NCBI GenBank assembly: GCA_037441385.1
Contig: JBBISH010000016.1
Coordinates: 8,700-72,699 of the forward strand
Origin: Myxococcales bacterium
Lineage (GTDB): Bacteria > Myxococcota_A > UBA9042
Direction of reading: 5' to 3'
DNA length: 64,000 nucleotides
The notes below the pieces were generated by a model. That model made no database searches and had not been told where the DNA came from. It was given only the letters and a program-made list of their open reading frames with translations. The translations under genes were made by a program, and so were the position numbers. Position 1 is the stretch's first letter. Every line of letters begins with the position of its first letter. Shown here piece after piece: positions 41,630-53,418 of this stretch.

Positions 41630-42741
41630 GATTGCCCCGCCCGTCTTCGCTGGGCCTGCGCCACAAAACGCTGCAGATCGTCGGCAAAAGGTGCCCGCGC
41701 CACGCCCTCTTCCGTGATGATCGCCGCAATGAGTTCGGCCGGCGCCACGTCAAAAGCCGGGTTGAACACGCCCACGCCCGTCGCCGCAAAGGGCACGCCG
41801 CGCGGGGTGGTCACCTCGTCGGGGCTCCTCTCTTCGATGGGGATTTGCTCACCCGTGGGGCAGTCCAGGTCGATGGTCGAGGTGGGCGCCGCCACATAGA
41901 ACGGGATGTTGTGGCGAGCACACAGCACCGCCACGCTGTAGGTGCCGATTTTGTTGGCCGAGTCGCCGTTGGCCGCGATCCGATCGGCGCCGACGATGGC
42001 CGCCTGCACCCGCCCGGACTTCATCACCCAACCCGCCATGTTGTCGCAGATCAGCGTTGCCGGAATGCCGTCTTGGGCGCACTCCCAGGCGGTCAGCCGC
42101 GAGCCCTGCAGCAACGGACGGGTCTCGTCGACCCAAACATGCAAGTCCTTGCCCATGGCTAGCGCGCTGCGGACCACGCCCAGGGCGGTGCCGTGGCCGC
42201 CGGTGGCCAGTCCGCCCGTGTTGCAGTGCGTCAGGACCCCGCCGCGATCGGGCAACAGTGGCGCTCCGTGGCGGCCCATGTCCAGGCAGCACTGCACGTC
42301 GTCAACGTGGATGGCGCGCGCCTGATCGACCAAGTCCTGGACGCGCTCCGCCACTGGCTTGCCCGTGCTCGCTTGGCCGTGGGCACGCATACGCTCGATG
42401 GCCCAGAACAAATTGACCGCGGTCGGCCGCGTCGCCGCGTAGTCTGCACAGCTCTTGGCCAGGGTGCTGTCAAAGTCTGCCGCGATCATGCCAGCTTGCA
42501 GCGCCAGCAGCATCTCTTGCGCGATGCCATAGGCCGCCGTTACGCCGATCGCCGGCGCACCGCGCACCGCCAGCGTGCGGATCGCCTGCCGGACCGTGTC
42601 GCCGTCGCGGCAGTCCAGATAGACCGTCTCGCCGGGCAGGCGGGTCTGGTCCAGCAGGGTGACCACCGGGCGGCCATCGTCGAGCTGCCACAGCATGGTC
42701 GCAAAATGTTGGTTGGCGGGAATGGGCGGGGCGAAGGGCAT
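41626..42741 (-). CDS. mtnA: S-methyl-5-thioribose-1-phosphate isomerase
   Basis: LLDQTRLP, VRGAPAIG, TRPTAVNLFWA, LTHCNTG.LAT, DETRPLLQGSRLTAWE, ANKIGTY, NPAFDV. Confidence 0.96.
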   Translation of the reverse strand: MPFAPPIPANQHFATMLWQLDDGRPVVTLLDQTRLPGETVYLDCRDGDTVRQAIRTLAVRGAPAIGVTAAYGIAQEMLLALQAGMIAADFDSTLAKSCADYAATRPTAVNLFWAIERMRAHGQASTGKPVAERVQDLVDQARAIHVDDVQCCLDMGRHGAPLLPDRGGVLTHCNTGGLATGGHGTALGVVRSALAMGKDLHVWVDETRPLLQGSRLTAWECAQDGIPATLICDNMAGWVMKSGRVQAAIVGADRIAANGDSANKIGTYSVAVLCARHNIPFYVAAPTSTIDLDCPTGEQIPIEERSPDEVTTPRGVPFAATGVGVFNPAFDVAPAELIAAIITEEGVARAPFADDLQRFVAQAQRRRAGQS

Positions 42742-42771
42742 CCGAACTCGCTTTGCAGGGCCCGCGCTGGC

Positions 42772-45700
42772 TCAGCGCACCTGCAGGTGGCCGATGGTGA
42801 CGCGGTTGTCGCCGTGCTTGATGACCCCCGGCCCGGTGGCCGAGAGCAGGGGCAGGCGGGTGTCGCTGGACGGGTTGTACCAGCCCAGGATGATCTCGCT
42901 GGGGCCGGCGTTGGTGCCAAGCGGCACCTCTTGCTCGAAGTAGTCGGCGATCACGTCGCCCGGCATCCAGTGGTTGGTCTGGAAGCAGCCGTTGCACGGC
43001 TTGTTCTCGTCTTCGCTGGGGTCCGGCTGGGTCAGGGGCCAGCGGTCCAGGTGCAGCGGGTGCGGGTGCATGAACAGCTTCCACGACACGCTGGTGGGTT
43101 TGATCACCTTCCAGTAGAGGGTCATCTTGTACTTTTGCGACCGCGACACCGCCGAGTCGGCCAGCTTGTAGCCGATCAGATGGATGGTGTTGTCAAAGTT
43201 GGCAAAAATCTTGCGCAGACCCTTCTGCTGCGCCACGTCCGCCTCGGTGATCAGCGCTTTTTTCAGCCAGTTCTGGTCTGGCTGGCTGGGCAGCAAGACG
43301 TTGGCAGCCAGCACCAGCCGCGACGAGCTGTCGTCCAGCAGGGGGATGTGCCGGCCGGCGTGCGCCTGGCGGAAGGTGTGGTTCAGGTCCGAGAAGCTGT
43401 CGCGGGGCAAAATCACAAACCGCTGCACGGCCTTTTCTGCGGCGTGTTGCCAGTCGTTTTCGCCCTTGGCCTTGTCCAGCACGATCCAGCCCTTGTTGCC
43501 GTCGTCGCCGGCCAAGCTGAGCGGTTGCGACAAGGTCAAGTCATCCTTGCCGTTTTCGACCACCGTGGCCGTCTGCCCGGCCGGCGCGTACACCGCGGCG
43601 CCCTGCCACTGGTTGGGCTGCCAGGTTGCCTTGGCCAACTTGACGCGGGTGCCCTCGGCCTTGGCGACCAGGCCAAAATACGCAGGTTGATCGCGCTGGC
43701 CGTTGTTGTCCGTGTCCAAGGCTGGCTCCCAACCCGGCAGTGCCACCAGCCGGGTCGCGCCGCCGTTGGCGTTGTCCACCACCCGCGCGGCCACGTTGTC
43801 GCCGCCCAGCATCGACAGGACCGTCTGACGATCTTCGATGATCGGCAGCGACTGCATGTAGAAGTTGTTGTCGCCGCCGCTCTGGCCGCCGTGGGCAAAA
43901 GTGCGCGGTTCGCCGTGCTCGTCGGGTCCGCTGCCACCGGCGTCGGCGATGCGCTGCAGCAGGTGCTTTTGCGAGAAGTGCAAAGACAGGTCGGGCAAGA
44001 GGTTGAACGCATAGCCGCTGGCAAAGGACACACCCCCAACCACCAGGGCCGCCATCGCCCAGCGCGGTTGCTCCAAATGGCCAAGCAGGGCCACGCCGCG
44101 GTCCAAGCCATCCCGCAACTTGGCGCGATCCAAGGCCCAGCGATTCACCGCCACTGCCGCCGCGGCCACCAGCCACAGCGCGCTGTCGGGGCTGGCCACC
44201 AGCACCTTGGCCAGGTACAGGTAGGCCTCGGAACTTGGCTGAGTCTCTTGGATATAGCGCGCGGCAAGCGGTCCGAACAGCACCTGCATGGTGACGACGC
44301 CCGCCGCCACGCTGGGCCAGGCCAACAGCGCCGGATCTCCCGCCGCAGTGCCCACCGCGACGAGCACGCCCAGCAGGGCCAACCACCAACAGCCGACCAG
44401 GTACAACGGCCAGCTCCAAGTGCCCGAAGCCTGCGACGCGCCCACGCCGATGCCGGCCACCGCTAGCAGTCCCAGCAGTCCAAGGGCCACCCCAGCGTGG
44501 TTGCGCATCCACCGCGCCAGCGGCGACCACAGCGAGTCCCGGTCGTCGTGCGGCAGCACCAGCCGCGCCACCGCCGCCGCCACCACCAACGCCACGGGCG
44601 CCAAGAACGCCGAAGAGCTCAGGCCCGCCGCAAGCGCGCCGCCGGTGCCCAGATTCGGTTGTAGCTGCAACAGCTTGCTGATCCCGCTGAACAGGACCAT
44701 CGCCGCGCCCACGGCGCCCAGGGTCAGAGCCGGGACGGGGCGCGCCACCAGGCCGGCCAGGCGGGCCAGCGGCCGAACAAAGCGCCGCCATCCCGTTGGG
44801 TCGCCACCGGTCAGCAGCGTGGTCAACAGCAGCAGGCCCACGGCCGCAGCGCCCGCCATCACCTCTGGGCGCGTATCCTGGATGGTCACCCACAGCCGAT
44901 CGTAGTTGTAGTTGGTTGTCTGCGCTTGGGTTTTGAGCAAGACATCCAACTTGGTGCCCAGCGACACCAGCGCGTCCAGCGCCCACGCCAGACCCAACAG
45001 GCCCAGCGTCCAGCCGGCCGCCCGCGGCGTCCGCAGCCGTTCAACCGCCGTGCGCACCGCGGCAAAGGGCTGACCCAGGCCGACCGCAAACGCCATCACT
45101 GCCAGAAGCGTGAGCATATGCAGGGGCTTGGGCAGCGTCAGCGCCTCGGGCCACACCAAGTTGCCGGTGCCGCCGGGCGGCTGCAGCGGCGGGTCAAACG
45201 CCAAGAACCGCGTGACCGAGTCGGCGCCGTGGCTGATCTCGCGGTGCAAAAGCAGCGTGGCCAGCGCGACAAACACGGCCGCTGTGCGGCCTTTGATTCG
45301 CCCTTCGAGCAAATCGACCAGCATGGCCGTGGCCGCCAGGACCATGGCTCCCGCGGCTGGCAGCACGAAGTGGTTGAAATTGTGAATGAGCACCGCCACA
45401 ACCGCGTACGGCACCGCCAGGCCCAGCAGCAGCGCCGCCCCCGCCTGCCACCGTTGCGGCGACGATTGCCGATCGCTGGCGAGCAAGCTCCCCAGGCCTA
45501 CGGCCACGGCTGGCCCCCAGGGAAAGCTGGCGAAGCCCACTTGACCAACGAACCAAGCAAAATCACGATGGTACTGATCGGGACCGCTGGAGAATGGCGC
45601 TTGGGTAAAGCGCAGCCCGCGCAGCAGCCACGAGTCTTGGTTGCCCAATACGACCATCGCCGCCACGGCCAGGAGCGCGCCGCTGCCCACCGCCACGGCC

Positions 45701-46884
45701 CAATGCGACCAGCGGCGTTCGGGCGCCACTACCAGCCACGCCATCGCCAGCGACGCGGCCACAACGGCGCCGGCAAGCCCTTGACCGAGCAAAAGGATCG
45801 CCGCGCCCAGCCCGTACCACAGCCACCACGAGCGCGCCGCCGCCGTGGCCCCCAGCGCCAAAGCCCCCACCACCAGCGCGGTGCCCAAGACCGGCGCCGT
45901 CTCCAGCGTCAGAATGCGCGCAAAACCGACCATACTGGGTAGGGTTGTCGCCGCCAACAGCGCCAGCCAGCCCGCCCGCAGCCCCCACAAGCGGCGCGCC
46001 ACGAACACGCACCACAAGCCGGCCAGCAGGACCATCAACGCCGACGGCAGCCGGGCGGAGGCCTCGCTGGGCCCCAATGCCCGCAGACTGGCCCCGGTCG
46101 CCGCTGCGTCTAGCCAGGGGATGGCCTGCAACTGCGTGTCGCGTTTGTGCACCGGCCAGGTCCACGGCGATGGCACGCCTTTGCCCAGCGATTCGCCCAC
46201 CTGGGCGCGAGTTGTGGCCGCCTCCGTGCCCGCAAATAGGGGCCACAAGGATTCGCCACCATTGTCCTTTTCTAGCCAGCCCGCGGTGAGCGGCCCGCGC
46301 CAGCCTTGCGCCAGATTGCGGGCTCGCGCCTTTGCCAGGGCCTCGGTCAGCTCGCGTTGCGGCGCGCTGCTCACGAGCACGACGGCGATCCCCTTGTTCT
46401 GAGCTTCGATGGTGGCAACAGCTGCGGCTGCGTCGGCCAGGTTGCCGCCCCCTTGCACCAAGGCGTCGCCATCGATCACCAGCCCGTGGGCCACTTCGCG
46501 CCCCAGCCGCTGCGAGGCCTGCTGCAAGGCCGCCAGTGCGCTCGCCTCGGCCCGGTTGCCTGCGCGCGAAAACTGATAGCTTGCGCCGTACTTCTGCTCC
46601 AGTTCGGCCAGCAGCGTGCCCGCGGGACCGTCGACCACCAGCACCCGCGGCGCCATCGCCATGCGCCGGGCCACCGCCGCGCGGTCCATTTCCCAGGGAT
46701 CCAGCAAGCCAGCGCGCCCCAAGCCGGGCAGCAGCACCGCCGCGAGCACGGCGATCGCGATCGGCCACTGCCAGCGGGTCAGCCGATCCAGCCACGCCGA
46801 CGCCGGCGCGCCGCCCGAACTCATTGCGTCGGGTGTTGTCGCGGCTTCTTGGTCAATTGAGCTGTTTTCGCGGGGTTCTGACAT
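42772..46884 (-). CDS. Very large ArnT/PMT-like (GT-C) membrane glycosyltransferase
   Basis: LLPGLG..GLLDPWE...VARRM and SEASARLPSAL motifs, many TM helices, C-terminal ANFDNTIHLIGY...TLYWKV...WMPGDVIAD beta domain; about 1370 aa. Confidence 0.75.
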   Translation of the reverse strand: MSEPRENSSIDQEAATTPDAMSSGGAPASAWLDRLTRWQWPIAIAVLAAVLLPGLGRAGLLDPWEMDRAAVARRMAMAPRVLVVDGPAGTLLAELEQKYGASYQFSRAGNRAEASALAALQQASQRLGREVAHGLVIDGDALVQGGGNLADAAAAVATIEAQNKGIAVVLVSSAPQRELTEALAKARARNLAQGWRGPLTAGWLEKDNGGESLWPLFAGTEAATTRAQVGESLGKGVPSPWTWPVHKRDTQLQAIPWLDAAATGASLRALGPSEASARLPSALMVLLAGLWCVFVARRLWGLRAGWLALLAATTLPSMVGFARILTLETAPVLGTALVVGALALGATAAARSWWLWYGLGAAILLLGQGLAGAVVAASLAMAWLVVAPERRWSHWAVAVGSGALLAVAAMVVLGNQDSWLLRGLRFTQAPFSSGPDQYHRDFAWFVGQVGFASFPWGPAVAVGLGSLLASDRQSSPQRWQAGAALLLGLAVPYAVVAVLIHNFNHFVLPAAGAMVLAATAMLVDLLEGRIKGRTAAVFVALATLLLHREISHGADSVTRFLAFDPPLQPPGGTGNLVWPEALTLPKPLHMLTLLAVMAFAVGLGQPFAAVRTAVERLRTPRAAGWTLGLLGLAWALDALVSLGTKLDVLLKTQAQTTNYNYDRLWVTIQDTRPEVMAGAAAVGLLLLTTLLTGGDPTGWRRFVRPLARLAGLVARPVPALTLGAVGAAMVLFSGISKLLQLQPNLGTGGALAAGLSSSAFLAPVALVVAAAVARLVLPHDDRDSLWSPLARWMRNHAGVALGLLGLLAVAGIGVGASQASGTWSWPLYLVGCWWLALLGVLVAVGTAAGDPALLAWPSVAAGVVTMQVLFGPLAARYIQETQPSSEAYLYLAKVLVASPDSALWLVAAAAVAVNRWALDRAKLRDGLDRGVALLGHLEQPRWAMAALVVGGVSFASGYAFNLLPDLSLHFSQKHLLQRIADAGGSGPDEHGEPRTFAHGGQSGGDNNFYMQSLPIIEDRQTVLSMLGGDNVAARVVDNANGGATRLVALPGWEPALDTDNNGQRDQPAYFGLVAKAEGTRVKLAKATWQPNQWQGAAVYAPAGQTATVVENGKDDLTLSQPLSLAGDDGNKGWIVLDKAKGENDWQHAAEKAVQRFVILPRDSFSDLNHTFRQAHAGRHIPLLDDSSSRLVLAANVLLPSQPDQNWLKKALITEADVAQQKGLRKIFANFDNTIHLIGYKLADSAVSRSQKYKMTLYWKVIKPTSVSWKLFMHPHPLHLDRWPLTQPDPSEDENKPCNGCFQTNHWMPGDVIADYFEQEVPLGTNAGPSEIILGWYNPSSDTRLPLLSATGPGVIKHGDNRVTIGHLQVR

Positions 46885-47015
46885 CAAGCGCCTCGTGCTG
46901 GCGGTGCCTCTGGCCAGCAGCCGAGCCGCGAAGTCTAGGCGTGCACGCGCAAATTGGCAAACGGTCGGCCGATCTTGCTGCTTGCTTGGGCGCCTTGGCC
47001 CGCGGGTACGCCCAC

Positions 47016-47043
47016 TTGACAGGTCGGCTGGGGCCGCCATACT
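47016..47043 (+). promoter_or_regulatory. Putative sigma70 promoter facing dnaG-rpoD
   Basis: TTGACA (47016-47021), 16 bp, CATACT (47038-47043). Confidence 0.65.
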
Positions 47044-47416
47044 AACGGGCCGCGTTGTTGGGCAACTGTCCAGTACCGCACTACAATTTGGATAGCCGCG
47101 AAGGCCAGCGTCAGCTGGCCGAAAATCTCAGGCTTTGTCCTGAGTTGGTCAATCGGGTCGCCTGGTACGGCCCGGCTCCGCCAGCCTTGGCTGGCCGCTG
47201 CAAAAAACGCTCCATTCGGGAGCCAAAACCCTTGCGGGCCTGGGCACTTGCTGTGCCGCTGCGTTTGGCTTGCCTTTGGGTTCGGTTCAGCTCTGGCAGC
47301 GCACCTTCCGTCTGTTCGCCCAACCCTGCCGCGCTCTGCCGCCGGGGTTTGCAGTGGGTTGCAGCCGGCACGTCAACGAAGTTCGCGAGAGGCGTCGCGC
47401 CTACGGGTCGGCGACC

Positions 47417-47518
47417 CAAGCTAGTGTGCAGTTCAAGCCGGTGTGCAGATCAAGCTGGTGTGCAGATCAAGCTGGTGTGCAGATCAAGCTGGTGTGCAGA
47501 TCAAGCTGGTGTGCAGAC
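47417..47518. repeat. Tandem repeat, 6 x 17 bp (CAAGCTGGTGTGCAGAT)
   Basis: Units start at 47417, 47434, 47451, 47468, 47485, 47502; three are perfect and three have 1-2 mismatches; no spacers. Confidence 0.97.
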
Positions 47519-47721
47519 TTGCCTTGCGTCGGCGCGGTGGCAACCGTGCCGAGCCGGTAGATCGACCGCCGCCTTTGGCCTGGCGCAGCGTGCGTCGGCA
47601 AAAGCGGCCGCGCGATCCGGGACCGTCGCGTCGCGCGGCGAACGAGGCGGGCTGCAACAAGGCGATCCTACGGGCGAGGCCACTGCGAAGCAGGCCATTG
47701 TGGACACGGCGGAGTGAGTTG

Positions 47722-49620
47722 GTGAGCGGGCGGATTCCAGACAATCAGATTCGCGAGGTCGTCGAACGCAGCGACATGCTGCAGATCGTCGGCGACGTGG
47801 TCGAATTGCGCCGCGCGGGGACCAGCTATAAGGGGCTGTGTCCGTTCCATACGGAAAAAACACCAAGTTTTCACGTCAATCCCGGCTTGAAGCTCTACCA
47901 CTGCTATGGCTGTGGCGCAGGCGGCGACGCGATCCGCTTCGTGCGCGAGACGCGCGGCCTGTCGTTTGTCGAGGCGGTGGAATTCCTGGCTGATCGCGCC
48001 GGCCTGACCTTGGAGCGCGAGGCCGACGACCCGGCCCAAGCGCGGCAGCGCGCCCAAGAGCGCAGCGAGCGCCAGCGTCTGCTGGAGCTGGCCCGCATCG
48101 TGCAGCAATTCTTCCGATCACGCTTCGACTTGCCCGTAGGGCTGGCCGCGCGCCGCTACGCCGACAGCCGCCGCCTGGGCCCCGAGATCGCCGCTCGCTA
48201 TGGCCTGGGTGCGTCCGGGACGGGCTGGAGCGACCTGTGCGACCACTGCAAGCGCCTGGGTTGGGGCGATCGCGACCTCTTGCAGCTCGGCGTCGCCAGC
48301 GCGCGCGACTCGGGCGGGGTCTACGACCGCTTTCGCAACCGCTTGATGTTCCCGATCTTCAACGCGCAGGGCGACCTGGTGGGCTTTGGCGGTCGCACGG
48401 TGGCCGATCCGCCCGACGATGCCAAGTACATCAATTCACCTGAAGTCACCTTGGGTTCCGAGCAAGAGGGCAGCCGCTTCAAGTATTTCTACAAGAAGGG
48501 CGACACCGTCTTTGGCCTATGGCAGGCGCGCGAGGCGATCCGGCAAAGCGGCTATGCGATCTTGGTCGAAGGCAACCTGGACGTGATGACCTTGGCCCAA
48601 GCCGGCTTTCGCAATGCCGTTTGCGCCATGGGCACCGCCCTGACCGAGCAGCAGGTGGCCGCGCTGCGCCGCTTTGCCGAAAAAGTGGTGCTGGTCTACG
48701 ACGGCGACAAGGCCGGCCGCGCCGCAGCCATGAAAGCGGCGCCGCTGCTGATCGGTGCCGGATTCGATGGCAAGCTGGTGCTGATGCCCGACGGCGAAGA
48801 CCCCGACAGCTTGGTGCGCGATCACGGGCCGCAAGCCCTCCAGCAGCGCATCGACACTGCGGCGCCGCTGCTCAATGCCTACCTGGACAATTTGCTGGGC
48901 GAGTGGGACGGCTCGATCCAGGGCCGTGTCAAGATCCTGCAGGCCGCCGGGCCGTTGCTCGCGGTCATGAGCAGCCGCGATCCCACGGCCCGTGATCTCG
49001 CCTACGACTACCTGGTGGGTCGCCTGGCCAAGGACGAGACCTTGGAGCGCGGCCGCGCTCAGTACGGTCGCTACCTCGATCGCTCGATGCAGGCCGCTCC
49101 CGCCGCCAAGGCCGAGGCGCCGCTGCCGGATCCCACCTACGGCGAGCAGCCCGTGGCCACCCGCGATCAGCAGTTGCTCGAGATCCTCATTTGGTACCCG
49201 GTGTTCCTGCCCCAGGCCGAGCAGAGCGGGGTGCTCGACTGCATCGACAGCACCACGGTGCGGCTGGCGCTGCGCGACTTGTGCGCCCACGGCCGCGATC
49301 ACCACCTGGAGCTCGACGAAGTGAGCCGATGGGCTCAGCAATTGTCCGATGGGGCGATGCGCCGGCTGGTGTTGGACCGTCTGATGGCGGCAGTAACTGT
49401 GCCGGCGGCGGCGGCGGCGGCCGAATTCGAGAAGCGGGCCACGCTGGTGCTGACCGAGCATCTCAAAGATCAATTCGACGAAGCGACCCAAGCTTTGCAG
49501 TCCACGCCGCAGTCGGCGGCGCACTGGCCCGAGCTGTATGGGCGCTGGCAGAAACTGAGCGCAGAGATGCGCCGGGTGCAAAAAGGGCGCGGCCAAAGCG
49601 CGGCGGCGCGCTCGGCTTAG
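47722..49620 (+). CDS. dnaG: DNA primase
   Basis: CPFHTEKTPSF...CYGCG zinc finger, DRFRNRLMFPI, KYINSPE, VEGNLDV, YDGDKAG, DPD; GTG start after GGAG. Confidence 0.96.
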   Translation: MSGRIPDNQIREVVERSDMLQIVGDVVELRRAGTSYKGLCPFHTEKTPSFHVNPGLKLYHCYGCGAGGDAIRFVRETRGLSFVEAVEFLADRAGLTLEREADDPAQARQRAQERSERQRLLELARIVQQFFRSRFDLPVGLAARRYADSRRLGPEIAARYGLGASGTGWSDLCDHCKRLGWGDRDLLQLGVASARDSGGVYDRFRNRLMFPIFNAQGDLVGFGGRTVADPPDDAKYINSPEVTLGSEQEGSRFKYFYKKGDTVFGLWQAREAIRQSGYAILVEGNLDVMTLAQAGFRNAVCAMGTALTEQQVAALRRFAEKVVLVYDGDKAGRAAAMKAAPLLIGAGFDGKLVLMPDGEDPDSLVRDHGPQALQQRIDTAAPLLNAYLDNLLGEWDGSIQGRVKILQAAGPLLAVMSSRDPTARDLAYDYLVGRLAKDETLERGRAQYGRYLDRSMQAAPAAKAEAPLPDPTYGEQPVATRDQQLLEILIWYPVFLPQAEQSGVLDCIDSTTVRLALRDLCAHGRDHHLELDEVSRWAQQLSDGAMRRLVLDRLMAAVTVPAAAAAAEFEKRATLVLTEHLKDQFDEATQALQSTPQSAAHWPELYGRWQKLSAEMRRVQKGRGQSAAARSA

Positions 49621-49692
49621 GCCGAGTTCGGACAGGGTGTAACCTCGCAAACGCCAAGCCTTCGCGGGCCGCTGGCGGAAAGGATCAGAGCG

Positions 49693-52407
<2,715 letters not shown>

Positions 52408-52511
52408 CGAACGCGCTCGCCCTCGCCATCCTATTGCGCCGCGGCGCGCACCCCCAAGGTTCGCCCGCACGGTCGGTCTTTGCGGCGGACCGGGGTCACC
52501 AAGCGGGCCTG

Positions 52512-52584
52512 GGGCCTATAGCTCAATGGTCAGAGCTGCCGGCTCATAACCGGCTGGTTCCTGGTTCGAATCCAGGTGGGCCCA
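52512..52584 (+). tRNA. tRNA with CAT anticodon, probably tRNA-Ile2 (lysidine-type); CCA not encoded
   Basis: Acceptor stem GGGCCTA/TGGGCCC+A, D-arm GCTC..GAGC, anticodon arm GCCGG-CTCATAA-CCGGC, T-arm CCTGG-TTCGAAT-CCAGG. Confidence 0.92.
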
Positions 52585-52625
52585 CTGCTCGCACGCGGTC
52601 CGCGCGCCGGACACTCGAGGTCAAC

Positions 52626-53387
52626 ATGCAAGCCAATCCTTCGCCGACTGCCACCACGCCCCGCGAGATCATCGACGAGCTGCGCAAGTTGCAAAACCTC
52701 GACGACGAGATCCGCGAGATCCGCGAACGCCGCGCCGCCCGTCAGGAACAACTCGACAAGCTCCGCAAGGTCATCGTCCACCTCGAGCGCGAGATCGACG
52801 ACAAACGCGGCAAGCTGACCGAAGCCGAGCAGTGGCACCGCACCAAGACCCTGGAACTGACCCTCGAGCGCGATCGCGCCACCAAGTCCAAGGGCAAGCT
52901 GTCCGGCGTCACCCGCTCGCGCGAGTACGTGGCCGTCAACAAAGAGCTCGACGTCATCCGCAAGAACATCGCCAAGGGCGAGGACGAAGTCGAGAAGTTG
53001 GACAAGGCTATCGCCGACTTCCGCGCTGCCATCGCCAAAGAGCAAGAGAAGCTGGCCGATTGGCGCGCCGAGAGCGATCAAGTCGAGCGCGAGAACCAGG
53101 CCAAGCTGGCGGTGATGGACGCCAAGATCGCCGAGGTGGACGAGCGCCGCAAGGTGATCACCGACCGACTCGAGCGGGCGATCGTCCGCCGCTACGAGAA
53201 AATCGCCGAAGCCCGCGCGGGCGCCGCGGTGGTCGAAGTGGTCGCCGAGGCGTGCACGGGCTGCAACATGAGCCTGCAGCCGCGCTTTGTCGAGATGGTG
53301 CTGCGCGCGTCCAGCCTGGTGCAGTGCCCGCACTGCAACCGCTACCTGTTCGGCGAGGCCGACCGCGCCACCGCCACGCCGGCCTGA
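52626..53387 (+). CDS. Coiled-coil protein with C4-type zinc ribbon (DUF164-like)
   Basis: LQNLDDEI, long coiled coil, CTGCNM...CPHCNRYLF; GAGG RBS. Confidence 0.9.
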   Translation: MQANPSPTATTPREIIDELRKLQNLDDEIREIRERRAARQEQLDKLRKVIVHLEREIDDKRGKLTEAEQWHRTKTLELTLERDRATKSKGKLSGVTRSREYVAVNKELDVIRKNIAKGEDEVEKLDKAIADFRAAIAKEQEKLADWRAESDQVERENQAKLAVMDAKIAEVDERRKVITDRLERAIVRRYEKIAEARAGAAVVEVVAEACTGCNMSLQPRFVEMVLRASSLVQCPHCNRYLFGEADRATATPA

Positions 53388-53418
53388 TCGCACCGAAAAT
53401 CGTCCAGACTCCGCCTCG

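Noticed and set aside
47417..47518. CRISPR array
   Set aside because: Units are contiguous with no unique spacers, only 17 bp long, and there are no cas genes in the window.
47443..47721. N-terminal extension of DnaG in the ORF track
   Set aside because: It derives from the tandem repeat; primase homology begins at GTG 47722, which has a GGAG RBS.
52512..52625. Integrative element at the tRNA
   Set aside because: No integrase, no duplicated tRNA 3' end, and flanking genes are housekeeping.
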